61,937 bases of DNA from contig JAFPBJ010000170.1 of NCBI GenBank assembly GCA_017390525.1, positions 1 to 61,937 on the forward strand, read 5' to 3'. This DNA comes from Lachnospiraceae bacterium (GTDB lineage: Bacteria; Bacillota; Clostridia; Lachnospirales; Lachnospiraceae). The translations under genes and the position numbers were made by a program. Within the stretch, counting starts at the first letter, position 1. Every line of letters starts with the position of its first letter. Below the pieces are notes generated by a model. It was not told the DNA's origin, made no database searches, and saw only the letters and a list, made by a program, of their open reading frames with translations. Positions 10,405 through 19,303 of the stretch are shown here, piece after piece.

Positions 10405-11049
10405 ATGAAGTATTTAACCTTTGCTCTTGCAAAAGGGCGTTTGGCAAAGAAAACCTTAGAATTATTTGAACAAATTGGAATTACTTGTGAAGAAATGAAG
10501 GATCCAACTTCAAGAAAGTTAATTTTCGTAAATGAAGAATTAAAGCTAAAATTCTTTTTATCCAAGGCACCAGATGTACCAACCTATGTAGAATACGGTG
10601 CAGCAGATATTGGTGTAGTAGGAAAGGATACGATTTTAGAAGAAGGAAGAAAGCTATATGAGGTGCTTGATTTAGGCTTTGGAAAATGTAAAATGTGCGT
10701 AGCAGGTCCAAAGGAAGCGGCAGAATTATTAAAGCATAATGAGTTAATTCGAGTTGCTACAAAGTACCCAAATATTGCTAAGGATTATTTCCATAACAAG
10801 AAGCATCAAACAGTGGAAATTATTAAATTAAATGGTTCTATTGAATTAGCACCAATCGTTGGGTTATCTGAAGTAATTGTAGATATTGTAGAAACAGGTT
10901 CTACCTTAAGAGAAAATGGATTAACTGTACTAGAAGAGGTTTGTCCACTTTCAGCAAGAATGGTGGTAAATCAAGTAAGCTTAAAAATGGAACATGAACG
11001 GATTAGAAAAATTATTCACGATTTAAATGAGTTACAAGGAAATAAATAA
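10405..11049 (+). CDS. hisG: ATP phosphoribosyltransferase HisG (short form)
   Basis: [24 protein letters not shown] and [14 protein letters not shown] motifs. ATG 10405 follows GGAGGA. Confidence 0.9.
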   Translation: MKYLTFALAKGRLAKKTLELFEQIGITCEEMKDPTSRKLIFVNEELKLKFFLSKAPDVPTYVEYGAADIGVVGKDTILEEGRKLYEVLDLGFGKCKMCVAGPKEAAELLKHNELIRVATKYPNIAKDYFHNKKHQTVEIIKLNGSIELAPIVGLSEVIVDIVETGSTLRENGLTVLEEVCPLSARMVVNQVSLKMEHERIRKIIHDLNELQGNK

Positions 11050-11072
11050 AATATAAATGGAGGCAGGAAAAT

Positions 11073-12377
11073 ATGAAGGTAGTAAAGATTACAAAAGATT
11101 CAATTAAAGACATTTTAAATGATTTATTAAAAAGAAGCCCAAATCATTACGATTCCTATGCAGATAAAGTGCAAGCAATTTTAAATGATATAAAAGAAAA
11201 TAAAGATGAAGCAATGTTTCGTTACACCAAACAGTTTGATGGAGCAGACATTAATGCAGCTTCTATTTTAGTTACAAAGGAAGAAATCGAAGCTGCGTAT
11301 AAGCAAGTAGACGAAAAATTAGTAGCTATTATAAGAAAATCTATCGAAAATATAAGAGTTTATCACGAGAAACAAAAACAATATAGTTGGTTCGACAGTG
11401 AGGAAAATGGAACAATTCTAGGACAAAAGGTAACACCACTTGAAAGAGTAGGTGTATATGTTCCAGGTGGAAAAGCCGCTTATCCATCTTCTGTACTTAT
11501 GAACATTATTCCAGCAAAGGTAGCGGGAGTAAAGGAAATTGTTATGACGACACCTCCAAACAAGGAAGGAATTGTCAATCCAGCTACATTAGTTGCAGCA
11601 AATGAAGCAGGAATTGATAAAATTTACAAGGTAGGTGGTGCACAAGCCATTGGAGCGTTAGCTTATGGAACTGAGTCTATTAAAAAAGTAGATAAAATCG
11701 TAGGACCTGGTAACATTTATGTTGCTCTTGCTAAAAAATTAGTATATGGAAATGTAAGCATTGATTCTATTGCTGGTCCAAGTGAAATTCTTGTGTTAGC
11801 AGATGAAACTGCAAATCCAAGATTTGTAGCAGCTGACTTATTATCTCAAGCAGAGCATGATCAATTAGCTAGTGCAATTTTAGTTACTACCAGTGAAGAG
11901 CTTGCTAAAAAGGTAGAAAAAGAAGTAGAACAATTTACTTCTGAATTATCCAGAAAAGAAATCATTGAAAGCTCTCTTTCTCAATATGGCTATATTTTAA
12001 TTGCAAAGGATTTAGAAGAAGCAATCGAAGTAGTAAATGAAATTGCTTCAGAACACTTAGAGCTTATGACAAAGGATCCATTCCAGGTTATGACAAAAAT
12101 CAAAAATGCGGGAGCAATTTTCATTGGAGAATACAGCTCAGAGCCACTAGGAGATTATTTTGCAGGCCCAAACCATGTATTACCAACCAATGGAACAGCT
12201 AAATTTTTCTCTCCACTTAGTGTAGATGATTTTGTGAAGAAATCTAGTATTATCTACTACAGTAGGGAAGCTCTTGAACCAATTCACCAAGACATTATTG
12301 ACTTTGCAACAGCGGAACAATTAACAGCCCATGCCAATTCAATTAAAGTAAGATTTGAAGACAATTCAGAGAAGTAA
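11073..12377 (+). CDS. hisD: Histidinol dehydrogenase HisD
   Basis: VYVPGGKAAYPSSVLM, GPGNIYVALAKK, LSQAEHD and ASEHLEL motifs. Confidence 0.9.
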   Translation: MKVVKITKDSIKDILNDLLKRSPNHYDSYADKVQAILNDIKENKDEAMFRYTKQFDGADINAASILVTKEEIEAAYKQVDEKLVAIIRKSIENIRVYHEKQKQYSWFDSEENGTILGQKVTPLERVGVYVPGGKAAYPSSVLMNIIPAKVAGVKEIVMTTPPNKEGIVNPATLVAANEAGIDKIYKVGGAQAIGALAYGTESIKKVDKIVGPGNIYVALAKKLVYGNVSIDSIAGPSEILVLADETANPRFVAADLLSQAEHDQLASAILVTTSEELAKKVEKEVEQFTSELSRKEIIESSLSQYGYILIAKDLEEAIEVVNEIASEHLELMTKDPFQVMTKIKNAGAIFIGEYSSEPLGDYFAGPNHVLPTNGTAKFFSPLSVDDFVKKSSIIYYSREALEPIHQDIIDFATAEQLTAHANSIKVRFEDNSEK

Positions 12378-12413
12378 AAGAAAATACTTTTCAAGTTGAA
12401 AATAATTTTGTAT

Positions 12414-12464
12414 AATGAAATGATACTAGAATTAAAAGAGAAATGTATTCAGTATCATTTCATT
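12414..12464. repeat. Perfect 14-bp inverted repeat (23-nt spacer) in the hisD-hisB intergenic region
   Basis: AATGAAATGATACT (12414-12427) and AGTATCATTTCATT (12451-12464) are exact reverse complements. The left arm overlaps a TATAAT hexamer at 12411-12416. Confidence 0.8.
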
Positions 12465-12490
12465 TGATTGTACAGAAATGGAGGAATCAT

Positions 12491-13081
12491 ATGGCAGTCA
12501 GAAAAGGTGTTTGTAACAGAAATACAAGTGAAACACAGATTCAGTGTGAAATTAATTTAGATGGAACAGGAAATGCAACTGTAGATACAGGCATTGGATT
12601 TTTTGACCATATGCTAAAAAGCTTTGCCAAACACGGCTTATTTGATTTAAAAATCAAAGTGAAGGGCGATTTATTTGTAGATTCTCATCATACCATTGAA
12701 GATACAGGTATTGTGTTAGGAGAAGCAATTAAAAAGGCATTAGGAAACAAAAAATCAATTAAACGCTATGGATTCCACATTTTACCAATGGACGAGGCCT
12801 TGGTGCTATGTGCCCTTGATTTATCCAATCGTCCTTATCTTGTATACAATGCAAATTTAACCACCAATCAGGTAGGGTATATGGATACTGAAATGGTAAA
12901 AGAATTTTTCTATGCAATTTCTTATTCAGCCGGAATGAATTTACATATTAAGCAGCTGGATGGAAGCAATAATCATCATATTATTGAAGCAATGTTTAAA
13001 GCATTTGCAAAGGCGCTAGATGAGGCGACTAAGGTAGATTCTCGTATTGTAGATGTACTTTCTACAAAGGGAGCATTATAG
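12491..13081 (+). CDS. hisB: Imidazoleglycerol-phosphate dehydratase HisB
   Basis: GIGFFDHML, DSHHTIEDTGI and HHIIEAMFKAFAKAL motifs. GGAGGA precedes ATG 12491. The upstream extension to 12443 runs through the palindrome and has no RBS. Confidence 0.9.
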   Translation: MAVRKGVCNRNTSETQIQCEINLDGTGNATVDTGIGFFDHMLKSFAKHGLFDLKIKVKGDLFVDSHHTIEDTGIVLGEAIKKALGNKKSIKRYGFHILPMDEALVLCALDLSNRPYLVYNANLTTNQVGYMDTEMVKEFFYAISYSAGMNLHIKQLDGSNNHHIIEAMFKAFAKALDEATKVDSRIVDVLSTKGAL

Positions 13082-13107
13082 AGATAGGAAAGAGAGGAAG
13101 TAAATAA

Positions 13108-14370
13108 ATGGAATACCAAAAGATAATCCCATGCTTAGATTTATCATTTCCTTTTGAGCATGCAAAATACTATAATGATGCAGGAGCAGATGAAATTGCA
13201 TTATTTGATAGTAAAGCTACAAAAGAAGGCAGGGAAGTAAACTTTGAATTAATTAAAGAAATTACGAGAAATGTAGATATCCCTTTATTAGTATGTGGTG
13301 GACTTAAGAATCTTGAAGATGTGAAAAAGACTCTTTATGCTGGTGCAGCTAAGGTATGTATTAACTCTGCGGCTTTAAATAATAAAGAAATTATCACCCA
13401 AATCTCAGAACGCTTTGGCTCTGAGAGATTAATTGTTACCATTGATTTATCTACTCACAAGGACCCAGTAAATTGGGCAAAGGAAATTGAAGCCCTTGGT
13501 GCAGGTGAGTTATTATTAATTGGGAATAAGAAGAAAAAAGAGTATATTTCTTTGGTAAAAGAAATTAAAGCGAATGTGAATCTTCCTATCATGGTTTCTT
13601 ATCAGGGTGAGGATGAAACAGAAGCAACTGAGTTAATGAAAGAAACAGATGCTGCCTCTATTTCTGTTGTATCTAGTGAAAAATTAGATATTATGAAAAT
13701 GAAACAAGCATTTGCTGAGGCAGAAATTGCTGTCAATACCTTTGAAAGTGCAATTCCATTTTCTGAATTTAAGTTAAATGAAGCAGGGTTAATTCCAGTA
13801 GTTACTCAGGATTATAAAACCAATGAAGTTTTAATGGTAGCCTATATGAATCAGGAAGCTTATGAGCAAACCATTGCAACTGGAAAAATGACCTACTTTA
13901 GTAGAAGTCGTAATGAATTATGGGTAAAAGGTGCTACTTCAGGGCATATTCAATATGTAAAAGCATTATCTCTTGATTGTGATAATGATACCATTTTAGC
14001 TAAGGTATCCCAAGTAGGAGCAGCTTGTCATACTGGAAATCGTTCTTGCTTTTTCAAAGAATTAGTGAAAAAGGAGTATGACGATACCAATCCATTAACC
14101 GTATTTGAAGATGTATTTGCAACTATTATGGATAGAAAGCAAAATCCAAAGGAAGGCTCTTACACCAACTATTTATTTGATAAAGGAATTGATAAAATTC
14201 TTAAAAAAGTTGGTGAGGAATGTACAGAAATCGTAATCGCTGCCAAGAATCCAGATATAGAAGAAATGAGATATGAAATTTCAGATTTTATGTATCATTT
14301 AATGGTATTAATGGCTGAGAGAAATATGGTTTGGAAGGATATTACAGAGGAACTTGCAGAAAGAAGATAG
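13108..14370 (+). CDS. hisIE: Three-domain fusion: reduced HisA/HisF-like (beta/alpha)8 domain + phosphoribosyl-AMP cyclohydrolase (HisI) + phosphoribosyl-ATP pyrophosphatase (HisE)
   Basis: Residues 1 to about 205 are HisF-like ([48 protein letters not shown]). The HisI part has [20 protein letters not shown] and [10 protein letters not shown]. The HisE part has [17 protein letters not shown] and [11 protein letters not shown]. Confidence 0.8.
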   Translation: MEYQKIIPCLDLSFPFEHAKYYNDAGADEIALFDSKATKEGREVNFELIKEITRNVDIPLLVCGGLKNLEDVKKTLYAGAAKVCINSAALNNKEIITQISERFGSERLIVTIDLSTHKDPVNWAKEIEALGAGELLLIGNKKKKEYISLVKEIKANVNLPIMVSYQGEDETEATELMKETDAASISVVSSEKLDIMKMKQAFAEAEIAVNTFESAIPFSEFKLNEAGLIPVVTQDYKTNEVLMVAYMNQEAYEQTIATGKMTYFSRSRNELWVKGATSGHIQYVKALSLDCDNDTILAKVSQVGAACHTGNRSCFFKELVKKEYDDTNPLTVFEDVFATIMDRKQNPKEGSYTNYLFDKGIDKILKKVGEECTEIVIAAKNPDIEEMRYEISDFMYHLMVLMAERNMVWKDITEELAERR

Positions 14371-14382
14371 GAGGTCATTGAA

Positions 14383-14544
14383 ATGGCATTTTTAGGAGAA
14401 TTAGTACAATATTGTTGTAAATTTATTTTTTTAATTGTAGTTGCTGTTGGAGGCGTCTTTTTAGGTAAGTTTTTAAGAGACAAAAAGGATGCAAAAAATG
14501 CAGTAGTAAAATCAACAGATTCAGCAGATACAAAGGCTGTGTAA
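14383..14544 (+). CDS. Small hypothetical membrane protein (53 aa, not in the ORF track)
   Basis: AGGAGG (14369-14374) lies 8 nt before the ATG. The peptide is MAFLGELVQYCCKFIFLIVVAVGGVFLGKFLRDKKDAKNAVVKSTDSADTKAV: one TM helix and a charged tail. Confidence 0.4.
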   Translation: MAFLGELVQYCCKFIFLIVVAVGGVFLGKFLRDKKDAKNAVVKSTDSADTKAV

Positions 14545-14591
14545 AAAGTTATGAAAATGTAAATGAGAACCAAAACGGAGGATGAATAGAA

Positions 14592-17234
14592 GTGAAACAG
14601 TATGGCTTAAATGAATTACGAAGTATGTATTTGAATTTTTTTGAAGGAAAGGGACATTTAAAGAAAAAAAGCTTTTCCTTAATCCCTCATAATGATAAAA
14701 GCTTATTATTAATTAATTCAGGTATGGCACCACTAAAACCTTATTTTACAGGACAAGAGATTCCTCCTAGAAAGAGAATTACCACTTGTCAAAAATGTAT
14801 TCGTACAGGAGATATTGAAAATGTAGGTAAAACTGCAAGACATGGTACATTTTTTGAAATGCTTGGTAACTTCTCCTTTGGTGATTATTTTAAGGAAGAA
14901 GCCATTGAGTGGTCTTGGGAATTTTTAACAGAAGTAATCGGACTTGAAGCAGACAGATTATATCCATCCGTTTATGAGGATGATGATGAGGCTTTTAAGC
15001 TATGGAATGAAAAAATGGGAATTCCAGCCGAAAGAATTTTTAAGCTTGGAAAAGAGGATAATTTCTGGGAGCATGGTGCAGGACCTTGTGGCCCATGTTC
15101 TGAGATTTATTATGATAGAGGAGAAAAATATGGTTGTCATTCTCCAAACTGTACAGTAGGTTGCGATTGTGATCGTTATATGGAGATTTGGAACAACGTA
15201 TTTACTCAATTTGAAAATGATGGAAATGGTAATTATACGGAATTAGTACAAAAAAATATTGATACAGGAATGGGACTTGAACGTTTGGCAGTCGTTGTTC
15301 AAGATGTGCCATCTATTTTTGATGTGGATACCATTAAGGCATTAAGAGACAAGGTATGTGAAATGGCTCATGTTTCTTATTTACAGGATGACAAGATTGA
15401 CGTATCAATCCGTTTAATTACTGATCATATTCGTTCTATTACCTTTATGTTATCAGATGGAATTAGACCAACCAATGAAGGAAGAGGATATGTACTTAGA
15501 AGATTACTTCGTCGTGCTGCAAGACATGGTAGATTACTTAATATCAAAGGTAATTTCTTAGCAAAATTAAGTGAAACAGTAATTGAAGTATCCAAAGAAG
15601 CATATCCAGAATTAGAGGAAAAGAAAGACTTTATTTTCCAAACCTTAGAAAATGAAGAAGCTAGCTTTAATAAAACTATTGACCAAGGCTTAGCAATTTT
15701 AAGTGATTTAGTAGAAGAATTACAAAAACAACAAAAATCAGTATTATCAGGTGAGGATGCCTTTAAGCTTTATGATACTTATGGCTTCCCACTTGATTTA
15801 ACAGAAGAAATCTTAGAGGAAAAACAAATCACAGTAGATAAGGATAAATTTAATGAGTTAATGGAAAAACAAAGAACAGCTGCAAGAGATGCCAGAGAAA
15901 CTACAAATTATATGGGTGCAGATGTTACAGTATATCAACAAATTGATCCTACTATTACATCTACCTTTGTAGGCTATGAAACATTATCTTGTGATTCAGC
16001 TGTTACAGTAATTGCTACGGAAACAGATTTAGTAGACAGCATAAAAGAAGGAGAAAAAGGAACAATTTTCACAACGGAAACTCCATTTTATGCAACCTCA
16101 GGTGGACAAGAGCACGATACAGGTGTAATTACAACTGAAAATGGAACCTTTAAGGTAAATGATACAATTAAGGTAATGGGAGACAAAATTGCCCATATTG
16201 GAGAAGTAGTAGCTGGCGAATTTAAGGTAGGACAAACAGTGACACTTACTGTAGACCAAAATAGAAGAGAATTAACTGGACGTAATCATAGTGCCACTCA
16301 TTTATTGCAAAAGGCATTAAAATTAGTACTTGGAGGACATGTAGAACAAGCTGGTTCTAATGTAAATCAAGATAGACTTCGCTTTGACTTTGCTCATTTC
16401 CAACCAATGACAAAAGAGGAAATTAAAAAGGTAGAAGCTATTGTAAATGAGGAAATTCAACATAGCTTAGCGATTCGTACTGATATTATGGATATTGAAG
16501 ATGCGAAAAAAACAGGTGCTATGGCATTGTTTGGTGAAAAATATTCAGATAAAGTAAGAGTTGTTTCTATGGGTGAATTTAGTAAGGAATTATGTGGAGG
16601 AACTCATGTAGCTAATACTAGCGAAATTGGTTACTTTAAGATTTTATCTGAAAGTGGTGTAGCAGCAGGTACAAGAAGAATTGAAGCGATTACCTCAGTG
16701 GGTGCATTTAAATATTTTGATGAATTATTCCAAACAGTAGAACAGGCAGCAAAACAATTAAAGGCTGAGCCAAGCCAATTAATGAATAAATTAGAAGCCT
16801 TACAAAGCGAGCTTAAATCAGTTCATCAAGAAAATGAAAAATTAAAAGCTAAACTAGCAAAGGATTCTGTAGGAAATGCCCTTGATCAGGTTGTTACCAT
16901 TGGAAATACAAAAGCGTTATTCTTACATGTAAAAGACATAGATATGAATGAGCTTAGAAACCTAGGTGATGATTTAAAAGAAAAAATAAGTGAAGGTGTT
17001 GTCTTATTAGCTTCTGAGCAAGGAACTGACAAGGTAAGCTTAATTGCTATGGCAACAGAGGAAGCAATGAAACAAGGTGCTCATGCAGGTAACTTAATAA
17101 AAGAAGTGGCAGCTATCGTTGGTGGTGGCGGTGGTGGCCGTCCAAATATGGCACAAGCAGGTGGTAAAATACCAGCAAAGATTGAAGTTGCATTACAAAA
17201 AGCAAAAGAAGTATTAACTGAGCAATTAAAGTAA
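14592..17234 (+). CDS. alaS: Alanine--tRNA ligase
   Basis: Class-II AlaRS motifs (FFEMLGNFSFGDYFK, WNNVFTQF), editing domain HSATHLLQ..CGGTH, and a C-terminal DHHA1 domain with GGGGGGRPNMAQAGG. GTG start after GGAGGA. Confidence 0.95.
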   Translation: MKQYGLNELRSMYLNFFEGKGHLKKKSFSLIPHNDKSLLLINSGMAPLKPYFTGQEIPPRKRITTCQKCIRTGDIENVGKTARHGTFFEMLGNFSFGDYFKEEAIEWSWEFLTEVIGLEADRLYPSVYEDDDEAFKLWNEKMGIPAERIFKLGKEDNFWEHGAGPCGPCSEIYYDRGEKYGCHSPNCTVGCDCDRYMEIWNNVFTQFENDGNGNYTELVQKNIDTGMGLERLAVVVQDVPSIFDVDTIKALRDKVCEMAHVSYLQDDKIDVSIRLITDHIRSITFMLSDGIRPTNEGRGYVLRRLLRRAARHGRLLNIKGNFLAKLSETVIEVSKEAYPELEEKKDFIFQTLENEEASFNKTIDQGLAILSDLVEELQKQQKSVLSGEDAFKLYDTYGFPLDLTEEILEEKQITVDKDKFNELMEKQRTAARDARETTNYMGADVTVYQQIDPTITSTFVGYETLSCDSAVTVIATETDLVDSIKEGEKGTIFTTETPFYATSGGQEHDTGVITTENGTFKVNDTIKVMGDKIAHIGEVVAGEFKVGQTVTLTVDQNRRELTGRNHSATHLLQKALKLVLGGHVEQAGSNVNQDRLRFDFAHFQPMTKEEIKKVEAIVNEEIQHSLAIRTDIMDIEDAKKTGAMALFGEKYSDKVRVVSMGEFSKELCGGTHVANTSEIGYFKILSESGVAAGTRRIEAITSVGAFKYFDELFQTVEQAAKQLKAEPSQLMNKLEALQSELKSVHQENEKLKAKLAKDSVGNALDQVVTIGNTKALFLHVKDIDMNELRNLGDDLKEKISEGVVLLASEQGTDKVSLIAMATEEAMKQGAHAGNLIKEVAAIVGGGGGGRPNMAQAGGKIPAKIEVALQKAKEVLTEQLK

Positions 17235-17267
17235 AGGCGTATTTAAAGCAGAAGAATGGAGATTACA

Positions 17268-18572
17268 ATGAAGAAAAAAGTAATTCCAATAGTATTATTA
17301 TTTATATTAACCATATTAGGTGGAGGATTTCTTGGATACTATCAAGGAATGGAGGAAGCAAATTCAGTAGTAGCTGTTAGTCAGATTGTGATACCAGAGA
17401 ATCATGAAATGAAGCAGGTATCGGAACAATTTGCTCCATACTTTAAGAAAACGGCTAAAATTACTGCTGTAGGGGATATTATGCTTCACAAGTGGCAAAT
17501 TGAAAGAGGGTATGAGAAAGCAACAGATTCATTTGATTTTGCCGAAAGCTTTACCTATATTAAACCATATTTATCAGAAGCTGATTATACAGTAGGAAAT
17601 CTTGAGCTTACTATGGCAGGGCGTAATCAAAATCATTCAGGAACTGCCATACTAGGCTATACAGATTATCCATGCTTTAATGCACCAGAGGTTATTGCTA
17701 AAAACTTAAAGGATGTAGGCGTAGATTTGGTATCCACAGCGAATAACCATTCTTTAGATAGTGGAATACAGGGCGTATATTCTACTATTTCCTACTTAGA
17801 CAAAGCAGGTCTTGAGCATGTGGGTTCTTATAAGAGTCAAGAAGCAAAGCAATCTAAAATAGTAAATATTAATGGAATTAACTTTGGCTTTTGTGGCTAC
17901 ACCAATATTACCAATGGTTTTCAGGTGCCAAGTGACCAGTCCTTTGCCTTAAATACCTTAAATGAGTATAATGATGCAAAAATAAAAGCAATGTGTAATG
18001 AAGTTAGACAGCTAAAACAGGATGGGGCAGAGGTTGTAGTACCAATTTTGCATTTTGGAAACGAATATGTAAAAGATCCAGACAATCATCAAAAAGACGT
18101 GGTAGATCAATTGTTTTTAGCTGGTGCAGATATTATTTTAGGTAGCCATCCTCATGTATTACAGCCTTTTGAGGTGAGAAATTTTGTGGATGAAAATGGT
18201 GTATCTAAAACGGGTGTTGTAATTTATTCCATGGGGAATTTTATTTCCTCTCAACGCTTTAACAGTCAAGGAGAAATTGCAAAGGATATTGGTGTAGTAT
18301 TAGATGTCACCGTGTCTAAGGTAGATAACCAAATCTCTATTGACGAAATTGCTTTTACGCCTACATACGTTTATTGGACCGATGATGTTATTGGTGTACT
18401 TCCTGTTTGTGAGGTATATCATAATATGGAAAAATACAAAAATGTGCTAGATGAAACTGGAAAACAGAGAATCACTTGGGCATATAAAAATAGCGTAAAG
18501 CATTTAATAAAAAATCTGAATTATGAAACAACCTATGAAAATAATAAATATCATATTATATTAAAAAAATAA
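17268..18572 (+). CDS. CapA-family (PGA_cap) metallophosphatase-like protein, membrane anchored
   Basis: N-terminal TM helix, then ITAVGDIMLH, GNLELT, STANNHSLDSG and GSHPHVLQP motifs. ATG 17256 is an alternative start. Confidence 0.75.
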   Translation: MKKKVIPIVLLFILTILGGGFLGYYQGMEEANSVVAVSQIVIPENHEMKQVSEQFAPYFKKTAKITAVGDIMLHKWQIERGYEKATDSFDFAESFTYIKPYLSEADYTVGNLELTMAGRNQNHSGTAILGYTDYPCFNAPEVIAKNLKDVGVDLVSTANNHSLDSGIQGVYSTISYLDKAGLEHVGSYKSQEAKQSKIVNINGINFGFCGYTNITNGFQVPSDQSFALNTLNEYNDAKIKAMCNEVRQLKQDGAEVVVPILHFGNEYVKDPDNHQKDVVDQLFLAGADIILGSHPHVLQPFEVRNFVDENGVSKTGVVIYSMGNFISSQRFNSQGEIAKDIGVVLDVTVSKVDNQISIDEIAFTPTYVYWTDDVIGVLPVCEVYHNMEKYKNVLDETGKQRITWAYKNSVKHLIKNLNYETTYENNKYHIILKK

Positions 18573-18573
18573 G

Positions 18574-18601
18574 TTGACTTATGGCAAAATTATGCTATAA
18601 T
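18574..18601 (+). promoter_or_regulatory. Sigma-A promoter with extended -10 upstream of rpsU
   Basis: TTGACT (18574-18579), a 16-nt spacer ending in TGc, then TATAAT (18596-18601). Confidence 0.55.
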
Positions 18602-18680
18602 TCTAGATAGTGCTTTAAAAAATACCCAAACAGTTGTATTAGGCACAATACGCAACTGGAGGGAGGTTAGGTGTGAGACT

Positions 18681-18857
18681 ATGTCAAATGTAATCGTAAA
18701 AGAAAACGAAACGTTAGATAGCGCTCTACGCAGATTCAAAAGAAACTGTGCTAAAGCAGGTATCCAACAAGAAATTCGCAAAAGAGAGCATTACGAAAAA
18801 CCTAGTGTAAAACGTAAAAAGAAATCTGAAGCTGCGAGAAAACGTAAATTTAAATAG
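18681..18857 (+). CDS. rpsU: 30S ribosomal protein S21 (not in the ORF track, 58 aa)
   Basis: Translation is [58 protein letters not shown], a near-canonical S21 sequence. Confidence 0.95.
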   Translation: MSNVIVKENETLDSALRRFKRNCAKAGIQQEIRKREHYEKPSVKRKKKSEAARKRKFK

Positions 18858-18866
18858 TAAAATGGG

Positions 18867-18896
18867 AAAGCTCTTAGTTTGACTAAGAGCTTTTTA
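18867..18896 (+). terminator. Rho-independent terminator of rpsU
   Basis: An 11-bp stem AAAGCTCTTAG/CTAAGAGCTTT with a 5-nt loop, running into TTTTT. Confidence 0.8.
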
Positions 18897-19001
18897 CATT
18901 TTAATTCTTATATGAAATTATGTGATAAGCTTTTTTATTTGTGAATAATCTCATTTTTTACCCATATAATAAAATGATAGGAGTGAAAATGAGGTAGTGT
19001 T

Positions 19002-19289
19002 TTGAAGAAACAGAATGGAACTTCTCATGAATTAAAGGCACAAAAAATTTCTTCTCAATTAAAGCTACCACAGGATGTTACCATAGGAGCCACCATTCTT
19101 ACAGTGACAGGAAACTATGAGATTACAATAGAAAATTTTAAGGGAATATTAGAATATACAGAAGAATGTATTGTGATAAAAAACAAAAAAGGAATGATAA
19201 GAATTACTGGAAAAAAGCTTTTGATTCATTACTTTACAAATGATAGTATGATGATTTCAGGCATCATGAAACAAATAGAATTTTTGTAA
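19002..19289 (+). CDS. yqfC: Sporulation protein YqfC (YabP/YqfC family)
   Basis: Family-typical LPQDVTIGATILTVTGNYEITIENFKGILEYTEE..IRITGKKL. It is followed by yqfD, as in Bacillus and Clostridium. Confidence 0.8.
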   Translation: MKKQNGTSHELKAQKISSQLKLPQDVTIGATILTVTGNYEITIENFKGILEYTEECIVIKNKKGMIRITGKKLLIHYFTNDSMMISGIMKQIEFL

Positions 19290-19303
19290 AGGATTGTGAT
19301 AAA

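Noticed and set aside
14371-14591. Possible T-box riboswitch leader upstream of alaS
   Set aside because: The 221-nt gap lacks the conserved T-box sequence (AAnnnGGGTGGTACCGCG-like) and has no terminator/antiterminator pair. It is better explained by a small ORF with a strong RBS.
18631-18666. A hairpin in the rpsU 5' leader (CAGTTGTATT-loop-AATAcgCAACTG) abutting the GGAGGGAGG stretch, considered as a possible autoregulatory leader
   Set aside because: The structure is short and bulged. I have no comparative data and cannot tie it to a known S21 leader motif. It is noted only as a possibility.
18590-18781. A 63-aa minus-strand ORF in the capA-yqfC gap
   Set aside because: The same DNA encodes a near-canonical ribosomal protein S21 on the + strand, with a promoter and a terminator. 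The minus-strand ORF is a shadow ORF.
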